NCBI GenBank assembly: GCA_965224825.1
Contig: CBDDAG010000001.1
Coordinates: 1,147,705-1,211,704, forward strand
Direction of reading: 5' to 3'
DNA length: 64,000 nt
Origin: Gammaproteobacteria bacterium
Lineage (GTDB): Bacteria > Pseudomonadota > Gammaproteobacteria > CAJXQU01
The notes beneath the pieces were generated by a model. It worked only from the letters and a program-made list of their open reading frames with translations. It made no database searches and had not been told where the DNA came from. A program made the position numbers and the translations under genes. This document shows positions 41,266-50,669 of the stretch, piece by piece (the stretch's first letter is position 1; each line of letters starts with the position of its first letter).

Positions 41266-42005
41266 AATTAAAAGATCAGGTTGCAGTAGTCACTGGCGCA
41301 ACACGTGGTATTGGTCAGGCGATCATGCTGGAACTGGCTAAAGACGGGGCTTACGTTATTGGTACAGCAACTTCAGATAGTGGTGTAGAAACCATCAGTA
41401 ACTCATTGAAGAGTAATGGTTATGATGGAGAAGCATTTGTGCTGAACGTAGCCGATCCAGAGTCTGTTTCAGGCTTTGTGAAAACGCTGGTTGAAAAAGA
41501 CAAATCGCCCTCCATATTAGTAAACAACGCTGGCGTCACGCGTGACAACTTATTAATGCGCATGAAAGAAGACGAATGGGACACTGTGATCGAAACCAAC
41601 CTCACTTCCATCTTTCGTATGAGCAAAGCATTTTTGCGCGGCATGATGAAAGCTCGATATGGTCGGGTTATTAACATCGGATCAGTGGTTGGTTTGACCG
41701 GAAACCCCGGGCAGGCGAATTACTGTGCGGCGAAAGCAGGCATGATGGGTTTTACGAAATCCATGGCGCAGGAGATTGGATCACGTGGAATCACGGTGAA
41801 TCTTGTGGCTCCCGGTTTTATTGCCACTGACATGACCGATGAACTGGATGAAAATCAGAAAGAAGCCATGCTCGCAAATATACCTGTTGCCCGTCTGGGA
41901 GAGGTAGGTGATATTGCTGCAGCGGTGAGTTTTCTGGCCTCAAAAGAAGCCGGATTTATCACTGGAGAAACGTTAAATGTTAACGGTGGCATGTATATGC
42001 CGTAA
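41262..42005 (+). CDS. fabG: 3-oxoacyl-ACP reductase
   Basis: TGATRGIG, NNAGVTRD, YCAAKAG. Confidence 0.97.
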   Translation: MKLKDQVAVVTGATRGIGQAIMLELAKDGAYVIGTATSDSGVETISNSLKSNGYDGEAFVLNVADPESVSGFVKTLVEKDKSPSILVNNAGVTRDNLLMRMKEDEWDTVIETNLTSIFRMSKAFLRGMMKARYGRVINIGSVVGLTGNPGQANYCAAKAGMMGFTKSMAQEIGSRGITVNLVAPGFIATDMTDELDENQKEAMLANIPVARLGEVGDIAAAVSFLASKEAGFITGETLNVNGGMYMP

Positions 42006-42140
42006 GATCTAACCTGTTGATTACAAAGGTTATTGATTTAAAATGTTTATTGATCGCTTGCAACCTTGTGCAAAATCAATAAACTATACAAGCACGTAAT
42101 TTTAGATTGCGTAATGTTTTAAATTGGAGGAGTTTCCAAA

Positions 42141-42377
42141 ATGAGTAGTATAGAAGAAAGAGTCAAAAAGATCGTAGTTGAGCAACTTGGCGTTAAGGAA
42201 GAAGAGGTGACAACAGAAGCCTCTTTTGTAGATGATTTAGGCGCGGACTCACTCGACACCGTCGAACTGGTTATGGCTCTTGAAGAAGAATTCAAAACCG
42301 AAATTCCTGATGAGGAAGCAGAAAATATCACGACCGTTAAACTGGCGGTTGATTATATAAACGCTCACGCCAGCTAA
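42141..42377 (+). CDS. acpP: Acyl carrier protein
   Basis: [14 protein letters not shown]. Confidence 0.99.
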   Translation: MSSIEERVKKIVVEQLGVKEEEVTTEASFVDDLGADSLDTVELVMALEEEFKTEIPDEEAENITTVKLAVDYINAHAS

Positions 42378-42401
42378 GGCAGAAGCGCTGCAAGACATAC
42401 G

Positions 42402-42435
42402 AAGGCCGTGTCATATTTATGTCACGGCCTTTTTT
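42402..42435 (+). terminator. Rho-independent terminator after acpP
   Basis: AAGGCCGTG..CACGGCCTT stem followed by a T-tract. Confidence 0.85.
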
Positions 42436-42566
42436 GTTTTCTGGTAAAATTCGGAACAGGAATCGTCAGGGAAAGGCGATCTAAAATTATTACTTACCTC
42501 TGATCAGGTTTGTGCTGGCTGGAATGGAATTCAGATCTGAACAAACGCGATCAATGAAAAAATATC

Positions 42567-43805
42567 ATGAGTAAAAAACGTGTTGTAGTTACCGGACTTG
42601 GTCTTATTACTCCTGTTGGGAACACTGTGGATTCTTCCTGGGAATCGATTCAGGCAGGCAAGAGTGGCATCGCTCCAATCACCACATTTGATGTTTCTGA
42701 TTTTGTGACACGCTTCGGTGGCGGCATAAAAGATTTCGATATCACCGAATACATATCGAAGAAAGAAGCCCGAAAAATGGACACCTTCATTCATTACGGA
42801 ATGGCGGCAGGTATTCAGGCATTTAATGATTCAGGTCTTGAGGTTAACGAAGAAAATGCGACGCGTATGGGTGTCTGTATTGGTTCAGGGATCGGTGGGC
42901 TGGACGGGATTGAGAAATGTCGTGATACGGTACTAAATCGTGGTCCAAAGAAAATTTCTCCGTTTTATATCCCCAGCAGCATTATCAATATGATCTCGGG
43001 AAACTTGTCGGTACATTTTGGTCTCAAAGGTCCCAATTACGCTATCGTAACGGCCTGTGCTACGGGTACACACAGTATCGGTGATGCTGCTCGTTTGATC
43101 GAATATGGTGATGCTGACGTGATGGTTGCCGGTGGTGCTGAAATGGCGACTACGCCGACAGGACTTGGTGGCTTTGCTGCGGCTCGTGCACTTTCTTCAC
43201 GTAATGATGATCCGGAAGCTGCCAGTCGCCCATGGGATAAAGAACGCGATGGTTTTGTGCTCGGTGATGGCGCTGGTGTGATGGTGCTTGAAGAATATGA
43301 ACATGCTAAAGCTCGTGGTGCAAAAATTTATGCTGAACTGGCCGGATCAGGTATGAGCGGCGATGCTTATCACATGACCGCACCGTCGATTGGTGGTGAA
43401 GGTGCTGCACGTTGCATGGTTAGCGCGCTACGGAATGCCGGTGTAAATGCTGATCAGGTTGACTATATCAATGCTCACGGAACATCGACGCCAGCGGGTG
43501 ATGTCGCTGAAACTCAGGCTGTAAAATCAGTTTGTAGTGATCATGCATATAAACTAGCCATGAGTTCAACGAAATCTATGGTCGGTCATGCGCTCGGTGC
43601 GGCGGGTGGAATGGAGGCTGTTTTTGTTGCTCTGGCCATTCATGATCAAGTTGCTCCACCTACAATCAACTACACAACACCTGATCCGGATTGTGATCTT
43701 GATTATGTACCGAATGAAGCCAGAAAAATGAACATTGATGTTGCGCTTTCAAATTCTTTTGGTTTCGGTGGAACCAATGGCTCACTCGTATTCAAAAAAG
43801 TATAG
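42567..43805 (+). CDS. fabF: Beta-ketoacyl-ACP synthase II
   Basis: [36 protein letters not shown]. Confidence 0.98.
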   Translation: MSKKRVVVTGLGLITPVGNTVDSSWESIQAGKSGIAPITTFDVSDFVTRFGGGIKDFDITEYISKKEARKMDTFIHYGMAAGIQAFNDSGLEVNEENATRMGVCIGSGIGGLDGIEKCRDTVLNRGPKKISPFYIPSSIINMISGNLSVHFGLKGPNYAIVTACATGTHSIGDAARLIEYGDADVMVAGGAEMATTPTGLGGFAAARALSSRNDDPEAASRPWDKERDGFVLGDGAGVMVLEEYEHAKARGAKIYAELAGSGMSGDAYHMTAPSIGGEGAARCMVSALRNAGVNADQVDYINAHGTSTPAGDVAETQAVKSVCSDHAYKLAMSSTKSMVGHALGAAGGMEAVFVALAIHDQVAPPTINYTTPDPDCDLDYVPNEARKMNIDVALSNSFGFGGTNGSLVFKKV

Positions 43806-43853
43806 CGGTCTTTTTCTATAGAAAGAGATTCTGGCTCAGGGATAATAACTTTT

Positions 43854-44699
43854 ATGCAAGCTGCTGAATTTAAAAAGACTATTCTGGTGAATGGTGAGGA
43901 ATCAGCAGTTTTTTCGGTACAGGATCGTGGTCTACAATATGGTCACGGCCTGTTTGAAACGATTGCGATCAAGCAAGGACGATTGCAGGACTGGGATCGG
44001 CATATGGTTCGTTTGATCAAAGGTTGTGAGCAATTATCGATCAAATCGCCTGATCTATTAGTTCTTAAAAAAGAAGCTCAACAACTCTCTGATTTGGTAG
44101 AACAGGGCGTTCTTAAGATTCTATATACCTGCGGTGAAGGCGGTCGTGGATACAGGACACCCGAAGAATCACAACCAAACCGTATTTTAAGCCTTTCCGA
44201 ATGGCCTGATTATCCAGAAGAAAATACTCAGACTGGCGTTACCATACGCTTATGTGAAACCCGCCTCGGGTCGAATCCAGCTTTGGCCGGGATCAAACAT
44301 TTGAATAGGCTCGAACAGGTTTTGGCACGATCAGAATGGTCTGATACGGGAGTGTTAGAAGGCTTAATGCTTGATATCCGTGGCCAGGTGATCGAAGGAA
44401 CAATGAGTAATGTCTTCTTCGTAAGAAATGATACGCTGTGTACACCGACTCTGACTCAGGCTGGCGTGGCAGGAATTATGCGCGAGATTGTGCTGGAGTT
44501 GGCAGAAAAACTGGGCGTGAGCACGTATATTGATGACTTCACACCAACGGATATTTTTCAGGCTGATGAAGTGTTTCTGACCAATAGTTTGATCGGGATC
44601 TGGCCGGTTAATAAAATTTTGTCTGATCAGAACGTGACTTATAATCTACCAGGAAGAGTCACTTCAAAACTCATTAATCTTATCTCCAAACAACAATAA
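43854..44699 (+). CDS. pabC: Aminodeoxychorismate lyase
   Basis: DRGLQYGHGLFET, AGIKHLNRLEQV, EGTMSN. Confidence 0.95.
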   Translation: MQAAEFKKTILVNGEESAVFSVQDRGLQYGHGLFETIAIKQGRLQDWDRHMVRLIKGCEQLSIKSPDLLVLKKEAQQLSDLVEQGVLKILYTCGEGGRGYRTPEESQPNRILSLSEWPDYPEENTQTGVTIRLCETRLGSNPALAGIKHLNRLEQVLARSEWSDTGVLEGLMLDIRGQVIEGTMSNVFFVRNDTLCTPTLTQAGVAGIMREIVLELAEKLGVSTYIDDFTPTDIFQADEVFLTNSLIGIWPVNKILSDQNVTYNLPGRVTSKLINLISKQQ

Positions 44700-44716
44700 C
44701 TAAAAGAAGAATAATT

Positions 44717-45721
44717 ATGTTTAAATTTTTATTTTCAAGTCTATTAAGTGTTGTCTTTGCAGGATTACTTTATGCGGGCTGGTTGTACATCGATATGCAA
44801 AAAACGCTGGATGAGCCTTTAATAGTTAAGAACAGCCCGATGCTGTTTACAGTCAATGCTGGTGATAGCATGAAAGTAATTTCCAAACGTCTCAGCAAGG
44901 CCGGCGCATACGATCATCCTGAGTTCCTGCGTATGACAGCAAGAGTTAGTAAACTGGATAGTCAGATCAAGGTTGGCGAATACGAAATTACTGAAGGCAT
45001 GACGGTGAATGATTTTTTGACGCTTGTGACCGAAGGGAAGGTTGTGCAACACAGCGTTATTTTGGTGGAAGGTTTAACCTTCAGACAGTATTTGAAATCG
45101 TTAGCGAGCAAAGATGATCTAAAAAAAGAATTAACCGGAATGACTGATGCTGAGATCATGAGCAAGCTTGGCAAACCGGACGAACATCCTGAAGGACTTT
45201 TTTTCCCTGACAATTATTTCTATACAAGCGGCTCCAGTGATCTGGATATTCTCAAACGCGCTTACGATGCGATGGAAAAAATGACGAAAAAACTTTGGGA
45301 AGAACGTGAGAAAGATCTGCCTTATAAAAATGCCTACGAAGCCCTGACAATGGCTTCGATCATTGAAAAAGAAACGGGCAGGGCAGACGAACGTTCGACG
45401 ATTGCTGGCGTGTTTGTTCGACGATTACAAAAGGACATGAAACTACAAACTGATCCAACCGTTATTTATGGTGTTGGGCCGGAGTTTGATGGCAATATCA
45501 CCCGAAAACATCTAAGAACAGATACGCCGTACAACACTTATACGCGCAAAGGTTTGCCACCAAGCCCGATCGCCATGTTTGGTGAGGCATCACTCAAAGC
45601 AGCATTACATCCAGCCAAAGGAGATGCGTTGTTTTTTGTTGCCAAAGGAGACGGCAGCCATTATTTCTCGGCAACGTATAAAGAACATAACAAAGCTGTG
45701 ACGAAATATCAGTTGAAATAA
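44717..45721 (+). CDS. mltG: Endolytic transglycosylase
   Basis: MASIIEKETG, LQTDPTVIYG, YNTY..GLPPSPI. Confidence 0.96.
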   Translation: MFKFLFSSLLSVVFAGLLYAGWLYIDMQKTLDEPLIVKNSPMLFTVNAGDSMKVISKRLSKAGAYDHPEFLRMTARVSKLDSQIKVGEYEITEGMTVNDFLTLVTEGKVVQHSVILVEGLTFRQYLKSLASKDDLKKELTGMTDAEIMSKLGKPDEHPEGLFFPDNYFYTSGSSDLDILKRAYDAMEKMTKKLWEEREKDLPYKNAYEALTMASIIEKETGRADERSTIAGVFVRRLQKDMKLQTDPTVIYGVGPEFDGNITRKHLRTDTPYNTYTRKGLPPSPIAMFGEASLKAALHPAKGDALFFVAKGDGSHYFSATYKEHNKAVTKYQLK

Positions 45722-45722
45722 T

Positions 45723-46346
45723 ATGGCCGGATTGTTCATTACATTAGAAGGTATCGAAGGTGTTGGTAAAACGAGCCAGCTTGAGTTTGTTGCTGATTAT
45801 CTACAAAAGCAGGGCAGGGAGATTGTGATCACCCGCGAACCTGGTGGAACGCCTGTTGGTGAAGGAATTCGATCACTGGTGCTGGATAACAAACATACAG
45901 GCATGGCGGCAGATACCGAGCTGTTACTGATGTTCGCAGCCAGAGCCGAGCATATTGATAAAGTGATCAGACCTGCGCTGGAAGCTGAAAAAGTGGTGCT
46001 TTGTGATCGGTTCACCGATGCGAGTTATGCCTATCAGGGACTGGGACGCAATATCTCTACTGAAAGAATCTCCATGCTGGAAGACTGGGTGCAAAAAGGT
46101 CTGAAACCTGATCTGACTTTGCTACTTGATGCACCAGTAGAAATTGGACTTGATCGCGCTGCAAAACGTAGCGAGAAAGATCGCTTTGAATCTGAGGCTC
46201 TGGACTTTTTTGAAGCGGTTCGAAATTGCTATCTGCAAATTGCGAAAAATGAGCCGCAACGAATGAAGGTTATCGATGCATCGCTTGATCTCGAAAGCGT
46301 AAAAAAACAGGTCTTGTCAGTTCTACAAAAAGAACTCCCAGGGTGA
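45723..46346 (+). CDS. tmk: Thymidylate kinase
   Basis: EGIEGVGKTS, TREPGGT, CDRFTDASYAYQG. Confidence 0.97.
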   Translation: MAGLFITLEGIEGVGKTSQLEFVADYLQKQGREIVITREPGGTPVGEGIRSLVLDNKHTGMAADTELLLMFAARAEHIDKVIRPALEAEKVVLCDRFTDASYAYQGLGRNISTERISMLEDWVQKGLKPDLTLLLDAPVEIGLDRAAKRSEKDRFESEALDFFEAVRNCYLQIAKNEPQRMKVIDASLDLESVKKQVLSVLQKELPG

Positions 46347-47356
46347 TGAATAATCCCAATACAGTATTTCCCTGGCAGGAAACACAATGGTCATTGATCC
46401 AGTCCATGCTCTCGAATGATCGACTGCCACATGCTTTACTGATCACCGGTGCAAAAGGAACAGGGATTCTCGATTTTGCGACAAAGTTCGCCTCATCAAT
46501 TCTTTGCGAAAAACCCACTGGATCGGGTTATAGCTGTCAAACCTGTTCTGCCTGTAAGCTGATCAAAGCCGAAACCCATCCGGATCAATTACTGGTTTTT
46601 CCGGAAGAAGAGGGCAAAGCCATTAAGGTGGATCAAATTCGTAAACTGGTAGGTTTTACCCAGTTACAAAGCCATTACAGTCAGCGAAAAGTTATCCTGA
46701 TCAGCCCGGCTGAAGCGATGAACATCAACGCTTCCAATAGTCTGTTAAAGACACTGGAAGAACCTCCTGGCGACACTCTGATCATTTTAGTCAGTCATCA
46801 ACCATCCTTTCTACCGATCACCGTGCGCAGTCGATGTCAGAAAATAAAGATTTCGGCATCATCTATGCATGTCAGAGATTGGTTAGATGGAAAAGTTAAA
46901 CCGGATCTGATCGAAACAGTATTGGCTTCTGGATGTGGTCCTTTATTTCTGGACGATAAGTTTATAGATGAAGAAGACCAGAGCGATCAATCTCCGGACA
47001 GATTAGCCTTGTTGGATGATCTTGAGAAGATGATCTTCGCACGACAGGATCCGGTTGATACAGCCGAGCGTTGGTCAAAAAATGAAATTGACGACATCGT
47101 ATTCTGGTTAATAAAGATCTGTCAGGATATGGTTAAACTGAAATCGACGGACAATAATACGAGTTTGAAACTGGTCAATCAGAATATGAACCAGAGGTTA
47201 AGCAAACTTGTTGAAAAACACGATCTTAAAGGAATATTCAAAATCTACGATAAACTGTTTGAGTACCACCGATTAATATCGTGGAATACAAACCTGAAAG
47301 CTTCGGCAATGCTGGAGGATTTCACTATTGAATGGGTCTCTTTAAGTAAGAGATAA
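46343..47356 (+). CDS. holB: DNA polymerase III delta' subunit
   Basis: PHALLITG, C4 zinc module, HPD, NSLLKTLEEP, TVRSRC. Confidence 0.95.
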   Translation: MMNNPNTVFPWQETQWSLIQSMLSNDRLPHALLITGAKGTGILDFATKFASSILCEKPTGSGYSCQTCSACKLIKAETHPDQLLVFPEEEGKAIKVDQIRKLVGFTQLQSHYSQRKVILISPAEAMNINASNSLLKTLEEPPGDTLIILVSHQPSFLPITVRSRCQKIKISASSMHVRDWLDGKVKPDLIETVLASGCGPLFLDDKFIDEEDQSDQSPDRLALLDDLEKMIFARQDPVDTAERWSKNEIDDIVFWLIKICQDMVKLKSTDNNTSLKLVNQNMNQRLSKLVEKHDLKGIFKIYDKLFEYHRLISWNTNLKASAMLEDFTIEWVSLSKR

Positions 47357-47371
47357 CTGAGTAAAAAATAA

Positions 47372-47728
47372 ATGGCTATGCAACCAAACAAAGCTCGACA
47401 AGGCATATTATCACTATCAATTCGTGATAAAAGCTCGCTATATGCTTCCTATATGCCTTATATAAAGAATGGCGGTTTGTTTATACCCACGTCTAAAGCT
47501 TACAAACTGGGCGATGAAGTCTTTATGCTGCTGACGATTATGGAAAATAAGGAACGCGTTCCAGTCGCCGGAACGGTTGTCTGGATCACGCCAAAAGGTG
47601 CTCAAGGCAGCAAAACTCCTGGTATCGGCGTACAGTTCAGCAATCTGGACAAAGGCATAACATCAAAGAAAATTGAAACAGAGCTATCAGGTGCGGTAGG
47701 ATCTGATCGACAAACACATACAATGTAG
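47372..47728 (+). CDS. pilZ: Type IV pilus assembly protein PilZ
   Basis: LYASYMPYIKNGGLFIPT, VVWITP, GIGVQF, THTM. Confidence 0.95.
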   Translation: MAMQPNKARQGILSLSIRDKSSLYASYMPYIKNGGLFIPTSKAYKLGDEVFMLLTIMENKERVPVAGTVVWITPKGAQGSKTPGIGVQFSNLDKGITSKKIETELSGAVGSDRQTHTM

Positions 47729-47733
47729 GTTCT

Positions 47734-47756
47734 TAAGGAACCTCTGAGGTTCCTTA
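47734..47756. repeat. Perfect 23-bp palindrome resembling the fused termini of a family B MITE
   Basis: TAAGGAACCTC-T-GAGGTTCCTTA. Confidence 0.7.
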
Positions 47757-47757
47757 C

Positions 47758-48546
47758 ATGACATCAGCAGTACAACTCGTAGATTCCCATTGCCATCTGC
47801 CTTTGATTGAACACGAAGGCGGACTGGAAAAAATCCTTTCAAATGCAGAAGAAGCCGGAATAGGGCACATGCTCTGCGTGTCTATTGACCTGGAATCTTA
47901 TCCTGTAATCAAAGACATAGCAGCACAACATCCACATATTTATGCTTCTGTTGGTGTGCACCCAAACTCTGACATCAAAACTGAGCCTTCTGTGAAAATG
48001 TTGGTTGATCTGGCCAATGATGATCCTAATGTTGTCGCCATCGGTGAAACCGGTCTTGATTATTTCAGAAGTACGGGTGATCTGGGCTGGCAGCACGAAC
48101 GATTCATTACGCATATCAAAGCCGCAATTGAAGTAGATAAACCTCTGATCATCCATACCAGAGAAGCTGGCGACGATACTATCAGGATCATGCGGGATAA
48201 TAATGCAGATCAATGTTCTGGTGTAATGCATTGTTTTGTCGATGATTATGACATTGCAAAAAAAGCCTTAGATCTTGGTTTTTATATTTCATTCTCAGGC
48301 ATTGTGACATTCAAAAATGCCAAACAGGTGCAGGATGTCGCTAAACGCATTCCACTTGATCGTCTACTTGTTGAGACAGATTCACCATACCTGGCTCCAG
48401 TTCCTTTCCGTGGAAAAACCAATCAGCCTGCATACGTGAAGAATGTAGCTGATTTTGTTGCTGATCTGCGTGGAATTACTGTAGAAGAGCTAATTACAGC
48501 ATCGACAACGAACTTCTTTGAACTTTTTAAGACTGCTAGAGCTTAA
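47758..48546 (+). CDS. TatD-family hydrolase (YcfH-like)
   Basis: DSHCH, GVHP, GETGLDY, IIHTRE, MHCF, ETDSPYLAP. Confidence 0.95.
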   Translation: MTSAVQLVDSHCHLPLIEHEGGLEKILSNAEEAGIGHMLCVSIDLESYPVIKDIAAQHPHIYASVGVHPNSDIKTEPSVKMLVDLANDDPNVVAIGETGLDYFRSTGDLGWQHERFITHIKAAIEVDKPLIIHTREAGDDTIRIMRDNNADQCSGVMHCFVDDYDIAKKALDLGFYISFSGIVTFKNAKQVQDVAKRIPLDRLLVETDSPYLAPVPFRGKTNQPAYVKNVADFVADLRGITVEELITASTTNFFELFKTARA

Positions 48547-48584
48547 GAAGTGGCAGAAAATACTCTTCAACACACCAATATTAT

Positions 48585-48612
48585 TATGCGCATAATGTAT
48601 ATTATGTTAAAT
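48585..48612 (+). other. dif site (XerCD chromosome dimer resolution)
   Basis: TATGCGCATAA-TGTATA-TTATGTTAAAT, 26/28 to E. coli dif GGTGCGCATAATGTATATTATGTTAAAT; KOPS motifs seen flip across it. Confidence 0.95.
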
Positions 48613-48621
48613 TAAGGATCG

Positions 48622-49758
48622 ATGGAAATACTCTTGAAGGCGCCACAAGGCGATTTTGAACTTATTAGATGGCCAAAACGTTCGGATGAACAATTACGTG
48701 CATGGGATGCTGCAGATGAGTTTCTTCTTGAACATCTGGCTGATGAACTTACCAAAAACAAAGTCAATATACTGATTTTAAATGATAGTTTTGGAGCCTT
48801 GACCGTCGCTCTGAGCAAATTTGAACCACAAAACCAATCAGACTCGTCTATTTCACAACAGGCTACACGTAAAAACCTTACGGCAAATAATCTAAGTGTT
48901 GATGGTATTAACTTCTTGAATAGTTTAGAGAAACCAGATGGTGTTCTTGATTATGTTTTGATCAAAATCCCCAAAACTTTGGCATTGTTAGAGGATCAAT
49001 TAGCACGCATACAGGAAAATCTTGATAAGAATACTAAAGTCATTGCCGCTGGAATGGTGAAAAACCTGCCAAAAAATGTCTGGAAAATCCTGGAAAGTTA
49101 CGTTGGGACAACAACGACATCATTGGCAAAGAAGAAAGCACGTTTAATATTTTCTACGCCCGATCCGGAAAGAGTTGTGCCACCCTGCCCTTATCCTGTT
49201 TATTACAAGTTGGAAGAAACCGATTATCAGATCTGCAACCATGCAAACGTCTTCTCACGCGACAGCCTCGATATTGGTACACGTTTTTTATTAAAGAATC
49301 TGCCTCAAATCTCAACTGCTAAAGAGATCGTTGATCTGGGATGTGGCAATGGCGTTGTTGGCCTGATGCTTTCTGAAAGTCATCCGGATGCCACTATTCA
49401 TTTTGTTGATGAATCATTTATGGCGATAGCCTCTGCAAAAGAGACTTTTACCAGTGCTTTTGATGAAACGACACACCGGGCCGAATTTCATGTAAATGAT
49501 GGGATGACTGATTTTAAAACTGACTCTATCGATCTGATCGTTTGTAATCCACCCTTTCACCAGCATCACTCGATGGGTGATCAGATCGCTGTGCGCATGT
49601 TCACGCAATCACGCAAAGCTCTGAAGGCAGGAGGAGAGCTTTGGGTAATTGGAAACCGCCATTTAAACTACAACAATAACCTGAAAAAAATATTCGGTAA
49701 TTCAAACATTGTTGCTTCAAACTCAAAATTCGTCATCTGTAACGCTAAAGCGTTATAA
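48622..49758 (+). CDS. rlmG: 23S rRNA m2G1835 methyltransferase
   Basis: LRAWDAADE, NDSFGAL, SLAKKKARL, VFSRDSLDIGTR, DLGCGNG, CNPPFH. Confidence 0.92.
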   Translation: MEILLKAPQGDFELIRWPKRSDEQLRAWDAADEFLLEHLADELTKNKVNILILNDSFGALTVALSKFEPQNQSDSSISQQATRKNLTANNLSVDGINFLNSLEKPDGVLDYVLIKIPKTLALLEDQLARIQENLDKNTKVIAAGMVKNLPKNVWKILESYVGTTTTSLAKKKARLIFSTPDPERVVPPCPYPVYYKLEETDYQICNHANVFSRDSLDIGTRFLLKNLPQISTAKEIVDLGCGNGVVGLMLSESHPDATIHFVDESFMAIASAKETFTSAFDETTHRAEFHVNDGMTDFKTDSIDLIVCNPPFHQHHSMGDQIAVRMFTQSRKALKAGGELWVIGNRHLNYNNNLKKIFGNSNIVASNSKFVICNAKAL

Positions 49759-49812
49759 GAGCATAGATCTGAACCCTATCTTAAGACGTAAGAGTTTTAT
49801 ATAACTATGCCT

Positions 49813-50667
49813 TTAGTTACTAACCTGAATAGTAACTTCCACACGACGCGCTTCTTCCGGCGCTCCAGATCCTGTTGTTTCAACGGGTTTTTCCAGAATT
49901 ATTCGCTCAGAAGAAATTTCTGCCTCACGCAGTAATTTAGCAACGGAATCCGCACGTCTTTTAGATAATTCCTGATTGGACTCATAATTACCACTCGGGT
50001 CATGGAAGCCCGATAGAGAGACTGTTGAATTATTATTATCACGTAAATAGGAAATCACGGCCTCTAATGACTGGTAATTTGCATTAGCAGACAACTTATC
50101 ACTACTGACATCAAAGTAGACCCTTGCAGCTGGAACTTCTACAGATTCTGGAGCCGACATTAATAGCGAAAAATTACCAGTGCTATCGATACTTTGTCCT
50201 GATGAGCCCAGTGTTGTTATGGCAGGATTGTTACCAATATTTTCAGACTGATCAGTCTTACAGATCACCGTTCCATTCGCTTCGTCGCCACAAGTCATAC
50301 CTACAATGCTGACATGGCCTCCTGTCTCAACACCGGTACAGGTTGCTATCACTTTAGTGTTTGTATTTGCTCTGTCCGGCTTAAAGATACAGCTTGCGGC
50401 AGTCATTTTCATTACCGGATCTGCAGCTGCGGCCATCGGAGCAACAGCCGCAGGTATTTCTACGATTTTCTCTACCTCGACTATCTTTTCAACTTCAACA
50501 ATTTTCTCCACAGTTTCTACTGGAACCTGACAGTTATCACCGCCACAGCCATAGCCCAGTAACCACATCATCAGAATTAACAGTAGCAAAATAATGGCGA
50601 CGATCCACCATAGACTTCGGAAACCAGCCCAATGAGGTGAAACATATTCTTCGTTATTATAAGTCAT
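49813..50667 (-). CDS. Inner-membrane-anchored OmpA-C domain protein with VEKIVE repeats
   Basis: N-terminal TM, (VEKIVE)x2-3, Cys-rich segment, OmpA motifs GFHDPSG..NQELSKRRA and ARRVEV. Confidence 0.85.
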   Translation of the reverse strand: MTYNNEEYVSPHWAGFRSLWWIVAIILLLLILMMWLLGYGCGGDNCQVPVETVEKIVEVEKIVEVEKIVEIPAAVAPMAAAADPVMKMTAASCIFKPDRANTNTKVIATCTGVETGGHVSIVGMTCGDEANGTVICKTDQSENIGNNPAITTLGSSGQSIDSTGNFSLLMSAPESVEVPAARVYFDVSSDKLSANANYQSLEAVISYLRDNNNSTVSLSGFHDPSGNYESNQELSKRRADSVAKLLREAEISSERIILEKPVETTGSGAPEEARRVEVTIQVSN

Positions 50668-50669
50668 GA

